NCBI GenBank assembly: GCA_965206595.1
Contig: OZ242214.1
Location: 4,384,001 to 4,448,000, forward strand
Direction of reading: 5' to 3'
Length of the DNA stretch: 64,000 bases
From: Candidatus Latescibacterota bacterium
Lineage (GTDB): Bacteria; Latescibacterota; UBA2968; UBA8231
Shown here: positions 1-7,992 of the stretch, piece by piece
Numbering within the stretch: the stretch's first letter is position 1
Layout of the letters: each line of letters begins with the position of its first letter
Program-made: the position numbers and the translations under genes
The notes under the pieces: generated by a model
Seen by the model: the letters and a program-made list of their open reading frames with translations, nothing else
What the model was told of the DNA's origin: nothing
Database searches by the model: none

Positions 1-198
1 CGCCAAAGCAAATAGCGTATCGTCGTGGAAAAGCCACTATCAACCGAGACCATCGGCGACGCTGTGGAGAAAGATTCCTTCTGCGATTTCTTCGAGGACA
101 AGGGAGTCTTCCCAGCCGTATTTCTACAGAAGAACCTTTGGGATACGAATCTCCTTAGAATTGCCGATAGAGATCAGTTTAACATCTCTTGTTGCCAT
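1..198 (-). pseudogene. Degenerate second copy of mazE (40-198) followed by the start of a degenerate mazF running off the window
   Basis: Minus strand reads MATRDVKLISIGNSKEIRIPKVLL*KYGWEDSLVLEEIAEGIFLHSVADGLG*. This is near-identical to the antitoxin at 6939-7181 but has an internal TAG and an internal deletion. It is followed by ...FPRRYAICF, matching the start of the toxin at 6610-6942 (FPQRYAIYF). Confidence 0.85.
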
Positions 199-268
199 TG
201 TTTTATCCAGGCCCTTCAGTTAGGGGAAGGCGGCTTGTTTGACGGGGGGAATAGGTTGTGGACGACGC

Positions 269-1033
269 TTATGCCGCAAGCTCCTCCCGCACATCCTCAC
301 GCTGGCTCCACATTACTGGTCTCACGTCGTAGCTTCGTAGAGCATCCAGAGCGGCCATAGGCACCGTCTGCTCCGAGTCATTCAGCAGTGCATACGCACG
401 TGATTCGGGGGTACGCACCTCCTTCGTGTCGATCCAAGCGAGAACAACTGCCTGAGCAGTGTTGCGATTCGGTCGGTTGATTGACTGAATGATGCGCTCC
501 GGCTGCTGCCGTGACTTCGGGATTACGAAATCGAACAAGTGGTCGTAACCGGTCCTTCCGGTGAATTTCACCTTTGGGGTATGCCGAATATCATGAACAT
601 CCAGCCAACCAACGACGTCCTCGTAGAACAGGCTTGCCACCATGGGCACTCCCAGATAGAACATGTCATTAACGGCAAGCATTGCCTGTACGAGATTGTG
701 TTTACGTAGCGCGAAATTATCGGCCGACGCATGGACCTGCAGCGCATTGCCATCCTTCTTCACACCGAAGCCGTTGAGTGTCATCCTGAGAAGTTCCTGA
801 CGTTTGCGACTGTCGAGCTTGCAGCCGCTTTGCTTCAGGTCATCCATAATATATCCGTCGTCCGTCAATAAGAATCCCTCAGTGATCTTCCTGACGTAGA
901 TCTGCACATAGTCGTTGTGCCGATCGAGATAGGGTGTTGTGATTTCGACCCACTGGTCAATTTGGTTCAGTACGGTTTTGTCTTTGAGCCAAGCAAAATA
1001 GGCATCGAGCTGCTTCTGAATGTCCTGAATCAT
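269..1033 (-). CDS. DUF1828/DUF1829-family protein (chaperone-like N-domain plus putative PD-(D/E)XK-like C-domain)
   Basis: [37 protein letters not shown] and [16 protein letters not shown] motifs. ATG at 1033 overlaps the upstream stop (ATGA). Confidence 0.8.
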   Translation of the reverse strand: MIQDIQKQLDAYFAWLKDKTVLNQIDQWVEITTPYLDRHNDYVQIYVRKITEGFLLTDDGYIMDDLKQSGCKLDSRKRQELLRMTLNGFGVKKDGNALQVHASADNFALRKHNLVQAMLAVNDMFYLGVPMVASLFYEDVVGWLDVHDIRHTPKVKFTGRTGYDHLFDFVIPKSRQQPERIIQSINRPNRNTAQAVVLAWIDTKEVRTPESRAYALLNDSEQTVPMAALDALRSYDVRPVMWSQREDVREELAA

Positions 1034-1479
1034 GTGAAAAGCCCCCGATCTATGTAGGGCGGTAGTGTCACATTGCAAAACCGCAGAAAGTCTTCAAATG
1101 CCGTCCACACATCGGCTACCGAGCGGAACTGGTCCGTGGGCACAGGCCAAGCCCACCTGTCCCCGTAGCCTTCGCGGTAAACGTGGAGGTGGGACACGGG
1201 TATCTCTTCACCATCCGGATTACGATGTGGGGCACCGTCCAGGTCAAGGCGGACGAGCACAACGACTTGCCGTCCTCGCGTCTGCATCTTGACTTTTTGT
1301 AGATTGATACGGCCACGGCTCAGATCGAGAAGGAATTGCTCTCGCCTGTCAGCCGACTGAAGCGGCAGAACAACGGACTCTCCCCCCATTGGGAAGTCAG
1401 TCCGATTATCTGTTACGCGGTGTTTTTCCATGGCTATCAAAGCGTCCGCTTCCGCTTGAGTAAGGTTGATGTCCGCCAT
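1030..1479 (-). CDS. DUF6978-like protein
   Basis: [30 protein letters not shown] and [10 protein letters not shown] motifs. Translationally coupled to the DUF1828/1829 gene. Confidence 0.7.
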   Translation of the reverse strand: MADINLTQAEADALIAMEKHRVTDNRTDFPMGGESVVLPLQSADRREQFLLDLSRGRINLQKVKMQTRGRQVVVLVRLDLDGAPHRNPDGEEIPVSHLHVYREGYGDRWAWPVPTDQFRSVADVWTAFEDFLRFCNVTLPPYIDRGLFT

Positions 1480-1493
1480 CCGATCTTCAGCCT

Positions 1494-1720
1494 TGGAATT
1501 GATCCGGTTTGGTGGGAACCTTATTCCTTGATGAAAAGTCGCCCATCATGCCTAAGTCGCGTATCCCCTTATCCCGCTTTCCGTTTTATCGAGGGTTGGT
1601 ACAACCCCTATCACTGCCACTCCACCACTACTATATGTCGCCTATAAACTACGATAGGAGATGGTACGAACTTCTGGAAATCTCAAGTCCAAACCTGTCC
1701 ACCAAACCGGGGTAACTCCA
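1494..1720 (+). mobile_element. 227-bp internally deleted IS3-family element (MITE-like)
   Basis: Terminal inverted repeats TGGAATTGATCCGGTTTGGTGG / TGGAGTTACCCCGGTTTGGTGG (18/22 identical, TG...CA ends). Inside, an OrfA-like start MPKSRIP (ATG 1548) abuts an OrfB C-terminus FIEGWYNPYHCHS...YMSPINYDRR. Confidence 0.85.
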
Positions 1721-1774
1721 TTTATTCAACAATTCTTGAACTAGCCGTGAACATCCGCGTGGTTAGAGCAGGTG

Positions 1775-3355
1775 TTACTCTCTATTTTCATTCGAAAGGT
1801 CAACATAGACACGGATTGGTGGTCTCCCAGTGGATCCCTCCCCGCCGGATAATCCAGGTCCGCCCGTATTTCCGACATTACCCACCCTGCCAAAAAATAA
1901 GAAGCGCTCTAGACCATGAGCCGCATTCGTAGTTCCTCTCGGTATCTCGAACCGCAGGCACATCGTACCTGTCTCCTCATCTGGCACAGCATTTACTGTG
2001 TAATCTATCCCATCAACCAAAAGCATAACCTGATCTAGTGTCCATAGATTCTGGCTTATGCCAACATGATCTGCACCGTTTCCGGCAGCCTCCTGATAAC
2101 AGCGCCGAGCCTCTGGAAATTTTCCCATAGCTAGAAGTGCATTTCCCTTATTGAAAACGGCATCCCGAGAAATCGATATATGACCAGTCGCTTTGTCATA
2201 GTCGAGCAGAGCTTCATCGAATCTATAGAGGTCCGCTAGAGTGTTCCCTCGGTTGTAGTAATATTGCGGGTAATTGGAATTTAGATTTATCGCCTTGGTA
2301 TAGTCACTTAAAGAACCACCATAGTCTGCGAGAACAGCTTTGGAGTTGCCACGATTAAAATAAACTGTGTCCTGGATACTTCGGTGGAGTTGGCTAATGC
2401 GGGCAACAACTTCGTCATAGTCTTCTATGGCTTTTTGATGGCGCTCAGATGCTGAAAACGCATTGCCACGTAAGAGATAGGTTAAGCCTACATCGGGATC
2501 ACGTTCTATGGATCTGCTATACGCAACTATCGCCTCAGTGTACTCTTCTCCCTGATAGTACCGATTACCAATTTGTTCATACGTCTGTGGAGTATGAGGA
2601 GGGACCGTCTGTCGATCAAGATCTGGGGCAAGTTTTGTACCACTAGCTTGAGCAAAGCCATAAACGTCTAGGAATAGGGATTCCTGGTGGAAATCAAGGG
2701 TCTTTAGCTCGGTTAAAAGTGATTTCTTATCCTCTTTCGAGACAATTATTTGCCCTATAATCTCCTTACCGGCAGGTATCAGTGGTCGGCCAATGATGAA
2801 AACACTACGCTGCCGGAGAATCCTAGTTACCACGTCGCCGCTCATCATTGGTTCCCAATATGACAAATGAGGAGGTCCAGCGGTGCCTAAAAAAACGGCG
2901 GTGATTTCCTGGGCCTTCACATCGCTGGAGATCTTGGCAACTCTTATTGCATCGTTCGTGTTGACTACAAAGACTATTCCGTCAAAACCGGGGTCTTCGC
3001 ATGCGAACCACAAGGCGACAAGAGGGCTCCATGTAAAATCGAGCAACCCTGTCGCCGCACCAAAGTGCTGCAATTTTGCTAGCAATTGCAGGTCAGATAA
3101 CCGATCCCCTGATTCATTACCGAACCCTCGAGTTCGTGCCGGTTCGATAAGTGTATCCCGATGGTAGTTAAGGTATCGCTGTGGAAAATCCGGGTCCAGA
3201 ACTATGTCGTCATTGCCATGTTCTGCAATCAATCGACGCGTAGCCGCTGAGTACAGTGGCCACCGTGAATTTTCCTGTCCCCGGTAGGCATAGATACCAG
3301 CTATTTGAGTAGCTTCAATTAGCTGGACGAGATATTTCTCAACAGTGCTGGTCAT
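1775..3355 (-). CDS. FRG-domain protein with C-terminal TPR repeats
   Basis: YRGQ, LQHFGAATGLLDFTWSPLVALWFAC and RILRQRSVF match the FRG domain. Repeated YFNRGN/YYNRGN/FNKGN TPR units follow. Confidence 0.9.
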   Translation of the reverse strand: MTSTVEKYLVQLIEATQIAGIYAYRGQENSRWPLYSAATRRLIAEHGNDDIVLDPDFPQRYLNYHRDTLIEPARTRGFGNESGDRLSDLQLLAKLQHFGAATGLLDFTWSPLVALWFACEDPGFDGIVFVVNTNDAIRVAKISSDVKAQEITAVFLGTAGPPHLSYWEPMMSGDVVTRILRQRSVFIIGRPLIPAGKEIIGQIIVSKEDKKSLLTELKTLDFHQESLFLDVYGFAQASGTKLAPDLDRQTVPPHTPQTYEQIGNRYYQGEEYTEAIVAYSRSIERDPDVGLTYLLRGNAFSASERHQKAIEDYDEVVARISQLHRSIQDTVYFNRGNSKAVLADYGGSLSDYTKAINLNSNYPQYYYNRGNTLADLYRFDEALLDYDKATGHISISRDAVFNKGNALLAMGKFPEARRCYQEAAGNGADHVGISQNLWTLDQVMLLVDGIDYTVNAVPDEETGTMCLRFEIPRGTTNAAHGLERFLFFGRVGNVGNTGGPGLSGGEGSTGRPPIRVYVDLSNENRE

Positions 3356-3480
3356 GATTACTACCTGTCAGAAGCACATTGAGGGTCACCATCTCCCCCG
3401 ACACTAGCTTTGGCAGCAATGCATCCCGCTGTGCGGCCAGAGCGTGGGACTCCCTCCCGTTCAACACGAACCGTTTGATT
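3339..3480 (-). pseudogene. Orphan hsdS 3' fragment
   Basis: RESHALAAQRDALLPKLVSGE is the conserved HsdS C-terminus, paralogous to SRTLIYQRDALLPRLVSG at the end of 4491-6158. Confidence 0.8.
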
Positions 3481-3492
3481 CGGTGAGGGTGG

Positions 3493-4482
3493 TCATGGCT
3501 CGTCTTTAATCGAGACCACGATGGGTGATCTCGTTGTGACTTCCACGATTGCAAAGCCCATTCGACTGAGATCCCTGCTCAAGCAATGATCTTCTTGCAA
3601 GGACTCAATCATCTCGGCCGACGGATTCAAGCTGTCCAGTAGAACCAGTTGAAATTCCATTTCGCCGGGCACGTCAACTCCCTTGGCCTTCAATTGCGCC
3701 CGCAACTCAAGAGGCTGGCGGTAGAAGTATGCTTCATGCTGTCCTACTTCGTGCAGGAGTTTATGTCCCCATACTCTGCAAAGAGTGCTACTACCATCAG
3801 ACATCGTCCCCATGCCGAGCGGTGCGATAGCATGCCCTTCCACGTCAGTGATGAGATTAGCGTTTTTCCTCCTCAGCTCCCTTTTTTCACCGTCTGTTAC
3901 CATACTTCCACCGACACCATGAAGCACGCGGGCGAAAGTTAATTCCGGCCAATTCGAGTGTACGATACTTAGAAGATCTTGCCTCACCCATAGAAGATCT
4001 TCGGGATCGCGGTGCTTTCTTACGTCAACGAAAAGTACGTCTTCATCGGCTATGATCGCAAAGAGCAGATAATCTGATCGTTGGACAAACTCAGATTCCT
4101 CGTATTTTCTGCTTAGATGAAAATGATGCATACCGTAATCCCACAAGAGCCCGTCTTTACTTGTAGAACAATTAACCTTTTTGCTCAGATACGGCGTAAC
4201 ACTCTCACCTTTAGCAAAGAGGTAACGGAGGCGGAAAACTGCTCCCCATGCCGCTTTTGCCTTTTCGCGTTGTTCGGGAGGTGTTTCGCGGATGAGTTTG
4301 TCTAACGAATCGTTTAGCTCGTTGGAGAAATGTACCTCCCGAGGCTTTGGGACAATCCTTCTTATCTGCATCTCATAGTAACGGGCTGTTAAGTCACTAG
4401 CCTCAGCGTTATCTTCGTAGGAGATGCCTTCCGTAGAAAAATAATGTTTGATAATGTGGATCAGATCAGATTTGAAATCCAT
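3493..4482 (-). CDS. Hypothetical protein, possibly a YafO/RelE-like nuclease
   Basis: Long ORF with likely ATG at 4482 just after the hsdS stop. LLWDYGMHHFHL...RSDYLLFA resembles the HxHL...R(T)SD.L motif of YafO-type toxins (function inferred). Confidence 0.55.
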   Translation of the reverse strand: MDFKSDLIHIIKHYFSTEGISYEDNAEASDLTARYYEMQIRRIVPKPREVHFSNELNDSLDKLIRETPPEQREKAKAAWGAVFRLRYLFAKGESVTPYLSKKVNCSTSKDGLLWDYGMHHFHLSRKYEESEFVQRSDYLLFAIIADEDVLFVDVRKHRDPEDLLWVRQDLLSIVHSNWPELTFARVLHGVGGSMVTDGEKRELRRKNANLITDVEGHAIAPLGMGTMSDGSSTLCRVWGHKLLHEVGQHEAYFYRQPLELRAQLKAKGVDVPGEMEFQLVLLDSLNPSAEMIESLQEDHCLSRDLSRMGFAIVEVTTRSPIVVSIKDEP

Positions 4483-4490
4483 TTCCGACC

Positions 4491-6158
4491 CTACTGCACT
4501 TGTGTGCTCATGGAAGAAAATCGAGACCCTAGGGAACATGTAACCCGCACCGCCCCCGACACCAGCCGCGGCAGCAGGGCATCCCGCTGGTAGATGAGAG
4601 TACGGGAGTCTGAAACATTGGACCGGATACGTTTGTCCATTGATTGAACCTGGGTTTCATACCAATCAACCAACTCGGCTGGGGGCTCAACCATCCGCAA
4701 GGCTTCAAGCTGACTCTTTGTAATGGACCCAAACACCGTCCCAGTATGCTCGTACTGCTGTATTTCTCCTTGCAACGCCCAAGCCGAGTAGTAGGTAAAG
4801 GAAGTAGAACCGGAACTATGCTGCAGAGTAGCGACGCCGCGACCAATGCAGCACTGCTCCCAAGCAACGTTTATTGCGCCAACGGGGGCCCTGACGCTGA
4901 CAAGCGTGTCGTCAGGACGAGCCACCCGTGTAGGAGCTGTACAGTACTTTCTTTTTTCGGGATACCGGAATCCAAAGTCGGCGTTCCCTTGAAAGAATGG
5001 CAACCCTTTCCCATAATCGTTGTAGGTACTGCCGGGAGGTGATTGGCCCATCGTCACGTTGAAGCAGTCCCCTATCGCCTTTACCTCCCAGCCCTTCGGG
5101 ATTTTCCCAAGTTCCGACGGCACCAGCCGTTCGGGAAAGAGGTCGTAGTACTCCGCAGGCAGGCCAGGCAGCGACTCGTCCCCCCGCCAGCAGCCCTCCA
5201 TCTTTGCGCGGACCGGATCGAAGTCGACGAACCACGACTTGAACAGCGCCCGCGCCATCTCCTCCAGCGTCTCGTTCATACGCCGGTTCAGCTCGATCCT
5301 GTCGTCCAGTGATCCCAGCACATGGGCAATTGCCCGCTGCTCAGCTAAGTCTGTCGGTGCCCTCACTTGAAACGATTCGATCATCTGCTTCGTAAGCGCA
5401 TTTCGGGTGGCACCCGAACCCGCCCACGATAAGAGCATTTCCTGGACTTCCGGTGCAGCCAAGTAGTAGCGCAGATATGCCGCATCCAATTTGTCGGAGT
5501 CTGGTCGGATGATCGCTACGTGTTGGTTCACGCGAGCCGGTAGGACGGTTGTATCGACTTGGCATACACGTGCGACGGAATCCCCGGTGATGTTCAGGAG
5601 TACATCATCGGGCAAGACTTCTACGTTGTGGAGAGCCTCAGCGTACTCGTCGCTGATAAAAGCCAAGCCGTCACGAGCGAATCCGTCGTTGTAGACGTTC
5701 TGACTCCGAATAAGGGCGAAGGGGCCGTCTTCCAGATAGACTTCCTTGCCGCCGCGTGGCGTCGAACCGCTACCAATTTTCGTACACACATCACCTAGCG
5801 TCACCTTACCCCATTCACCCGACAAGCCCGCACTGCCTGCACTCACCCCCTCCCGCACCACCACATAGTTCTGCTCTATCTCTTGGTGGAAGCTCTCGGG
5901 CAATCTTGCCCAATCGTGCGTCTGCACAAGGATGGGGACGTTCGAATCCTCCAACGCCTCAATCAGACCGGCCAGTGGGCCGCTAGGTATCCGCTTTAAA
6001 TCCGGACCTCTCACCACCAAGTCTAGATCGCTGCCCTCGTGGCTCTCGCCGTTGACGCGGCTGCCGTAAGCCCAGACCTCCGCCTCGGGCACATGTTCGC
6101 GCAGCAGCGCCTCAACGATGCGTCGGTATCGCAGCGGGAGATCCAATCTGTCAGTCAT
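4491..6158 (-). CDS. hsdS: Type I R-M specificity subunit HsdS with an N-terminal fused minimal nucleotidyltransferase (MNT) domain
   Basis: N-terminal ~100 aa carry YGSRVNGESHEGSDLDL (GSx10DxD). Then TRD1 (KIGSGSTPRGG), the central conserved region EQRAIAHVLGSLDDRIELNRRMNETLEEMARALFKSWFVDF, TRD2 (MGQSPPG) and QRDALLPRLVSG. There is no stop between MNT and HsdS. Confidence 0.9.
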   Translation of the reverse strand: MTDRLDLPLRYRRIVEALLREHVPEAEVWAYGSRVNGESHEGSDLDLVVRGPDLKRIPSGPLAGLIEALEDSNVPILVQTHDWARLPESFHQEIEQNYVVVREGVSAGSAGLSGEWGKVTLGDVCTKIGSGSTPRGGKEVYLEDGPFALIRSQNVYNDGFARDGLAFISDEYAEALHNVEVLPDDVLLNITGDSVARVCQVDTTVLPARVNQHVAIIRPDSDKLDAAYLRYYLAAPEVQEMLLSWAGSGATRNALTKQMIESFQVRAPTDLAEQRAIAHVLGSLDDRIELNRRMNETLEEMARALFKSWFVDFDPVRAKMEGCWRGDESLPGLPAEYYDLFPERLVPSELGKIPKGWEVKAIGDCFNVTMGQSPPGSTYNDYGKGLPFFQGNADFGFRYPEKRKYCTAPTRVARPDDTLVSVRAPVGAINVAWEQCCIGRGVATLQHSSGSTSFTYYSAWALQGEIQQYEHTGTVFGSITKSQLEALRMVEPPAELVDWYETQVQSMDKRIRSNVSDSRTLIYQRDALLPRLVSGAVRVTCSLGSRFSSMSTQVQ

Positions 6159-6573
6159 CGGCACCCTCCGCTATGATTCTTGCCAACTCCCTGGCGTCGG
6201 CGATGAAATCCGGCAACAATTTGAGCGTTGTTTCGGCGAACTTCTCTCCGTAGTCGTGGGCCGTGTCGTTCCTGTTGTCCCGGTAGGCGAACCAGCGCTC
6301 GCAGACGTCCACGGATATGAGGCCATGCTTGGCGGCGCGCCGGAAGGCGTTTTTGAAGGTCAGCTTGTCCGCCTGTCTATTGCTGGCGAAATAGGGGCTC
6401 AGACGCTTCTTCAGCAGGCTGCCGGACTGCTCCAGCACAATCTCGAACTCTTTGACGGAAGCCGCCCTGAAGATGTCGTAGAAAGTGTCGGACGGTTCGT
6501 ACTGCTGCAGTTGCTCGAAGGCCGACTCCAGGGTATTGATGCAGCGAGTGAGAAAGTCCGTGTTGATTGGCAT
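6151..6573 (-). CDS. HEPN-domain protein, HI0074 / nucleotidyltransferase substrate-binding family (HepT-like RNase)
   Basis: VKEFEIVLEQSGSLLK and RNDTAHDY (Rx4HxY). Overlaps the start of MNT-hsdS. Confidence 0.88.
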   Translation of the reverse strand: MPINTDFLTRCINTLESAFEQLQQYEPSDTFYDIFRAASVKEFEIVLEQSGSLLKKRLSPYFASNRQADKLTFKNAFRRAAKHGLISVDVCERWFAYRDNRNDTAHDYGEKFAETTLKLLPDFIADARELARIIAEGADD

Positions 6574-6609
6574 GTCCTATTCTCCCGCCCTCCATACTTG
6601 GTCAGATCG

Positions 6610-6942
6610 CTATTCTCCGTACATCTCTGAAATAAGGCGCCGGAGTTGGCCGGCTGCTTCGGCGGACAATTTGTCGATCTGGTCCCTCAGTCGCTTGCTG
6701 ATGGTGCGGATCTGGTCCACGGCAATTTCAGCTTTCTTGCTCGCGCATTGGATTTGCAGCCGGCTCCGCCACTGAGGATGCAACGCGTAGGTGAGAGGAC
6801 AGACGACAACCGTATCGAGGAACTGATTCATCTCATTCTGACTGACCACGACCACCGGCCGCACCTTGCGGATTTCCCCTTCCACGGTGGGATTGAGATC
6901 GGCAAAGTAGATGGCGTATCGCTGCGGAAAAACCGCCATCAA
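6610..6942 (-). CDS. mazF: MazF/PemK-family toxin
   Basis: ADLNPTVEGEIRKVRPVVVVS, VVVCPLT and DQIRTISKRL motifs. Confidence 0.92.
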   Translation of the reverse strand: MMAVFPQRYAIYFADLNPTVEGEIRKVRPVVVVSQNEMNQFLDTVVVCPLTYALHPQWRSRLQIQCASKKAEIAVDQIRTISKRLRDQIDKLSAEAAGQLRRLISEMYGE

Positions 6943-7181
6943 TCGAGACCATCGGCGACTGTGGCGTCGAGATCGCTCCAGTCTTCACGGTCGGATGCCA
7001 TTGCGCGGTAGGTTTCTTTCCAGGAGAGCTTGTTCTTTTCGTTGCTGTAGAGGAAGATTCCCTCCTCGGTTTCTTCGAGGAGAAGGGAGTCTCCCCAGCC
7101 GTATTTTTGCAGCAGGATCTTTGGGATGCGGATGCCCTTCGAGTTGCCGATGTCGATCAGTTTGATATCTCTGGTTGCCAT
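6939..7181 (-). CDS. mazE: AbrB/MazE-family antitoxin
   Basis: IGNSKGIRIPK AbrB-type N-terminus and acidic C-terminus. Overlaps the toxin start. Confidence 0.9.
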   Translation of the reverse strand: MATRDIKLIDIGNSKGIRIPKILLQKYGWGDSLLLEETEEGIFLYSNEKNKLSWKETYRAMASDREDWSDLDATVADGLD

Positions 7182-7219
7182 TGCCTGGAGTTTCTCCTGA
7201 AAGAAACACTGTAATTCCA

Positions 7220-7244
7220 GTAATTACTTGTTGAGTGGTGTCAA
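7220..7244 (-). promoter_or_regulatory. Putative mazEF promoter/operator
   Basis: Minus-strand TTGACA at 7244-7239 followed by the palindromic GTAATTAC and a second GTAATT box, ~40-60 bp upstream of the antitoxin. The -10 element is not clear. Confidence 0.45.
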
Positions 7245-7318
7245 GCCTGCCAGCGGATGCGCTCCATCCAGGCGAAGGCGATTTGTGCGCCGTCGGCTTC
7301 GGTGACGTTGATGGTCAT
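7241..7318 (-). pseudogene. Probable hsdR 5' fragment
   Basis: RBS GAGGG, then MTINVTEADGAQIAFAWMERIRWQA*, resembling the type I HsdR N-terminus (TE..VE..AL.WL..LGW). Confidence 0.5.
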
Positions 7319-7410
7319 GGTCCCTCGCTAACCCAGGTTCGAATCGTTTATTCGGTCACACTCCGGGAGTCATCCCGCAGAGGCGGGCTTACCCCGGATG
7401 GTCATTGCCA

Positions 7411-7499
7411 CCAGGTCCAGGTCGCTCCCCCTCATGGCTCTCGCCATAGACCCGGCTGCCCAGTGCCCAGACCTCAGGGGCACATGCTCACGCAGCAGT
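7411..7499 (-). pseudogene. MNT fragment paralogous to the MNT domain of hsdS
   Basis: LLREHVP-EVWALGSRVYGESHEGSDLDL versus LLREHVPEAEVWAYGSRVNGESHEGSDLDL at ~6020-6110. Confidence 0.8.
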
Positions 7500-7655
7500 C
7501 ACAGCCTCGCCAATGATCTCGAACTCGCGCTCTACCGCGGCTCGCAGCATGGCGTCGCGCTGATAATCGTCAAAGGTCTGTCCGGTAACGAATTCATCCA
7601 ATAAGCGCGCAGCTTTGTGGATGTCATACAGGTATTTCCGAGCTTCAAGCCGCAT
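7488..7655 (-). pseudogene. Truncated DUF86/HepT-type HEPN protein
   Basis: MRLEARKYLYDIHKAA...TFDDYQRDAMLRAAVEREFEIIGEAV then a stop after 55 aa. The catalytic Rx4H half is missing. Confidence 0.82.
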
Positions 7656-7953
7656 AGAGCCGTGTCCTGGTCTCTTCGACTCGTTGACGGAAGAAGGGGT
7701 TCTTTATGGCGGAATCAACGACGAGGTCCACAGGATGCCCGAAGAGGGATTCCAGAGCCTCCAACAGCCCGAAGTAGGCGTCGGCATAGGCTCGGAAAGC
7801 CTCCGGCCGAAACTCCACCACGAAGTCCAGGTCGCTCACCTCCTGGCGGTGTTCGCCGGTAACAGCCGAGCCGAACAGGTCCAGCCGCGACACGTTGTAG
7901 CGGACGCAAAGCTGTTCCAGTTCGCCGACCCGTTTCTCGACAATAGGTATCAT
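7645..7953 (-). CDS. Minimal nucleotidyltransferase (MntA-like antitoxin)
   Basis: LFGSAVTGEHRQEVSDLDFVVEF and LESLFGHPVDLV motifs. Likely ATG at 7953. Confidence 0.88.
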   Translation of the reverse strand: MIPIVEKRVGELEQLCVRYNVSRLDLFGSAVTGEHRQEVSDLDFVVEFRPEAFRAYADAYFGLLEALESLFGHPVDLVVDSAIKNPFFRQRVEETRTRLYAA

Positions 7954-7992
7954 CGGACGCTCTCCTGATATAGTGGTCTTTCCAGCCATTAA

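Noticed and set aside
4491-6158. Invertible hsdS shufflon
   Set aside because: The spare hsdS piece is in direct orientation, lacks a TRD, and no recombinase is present in the window.
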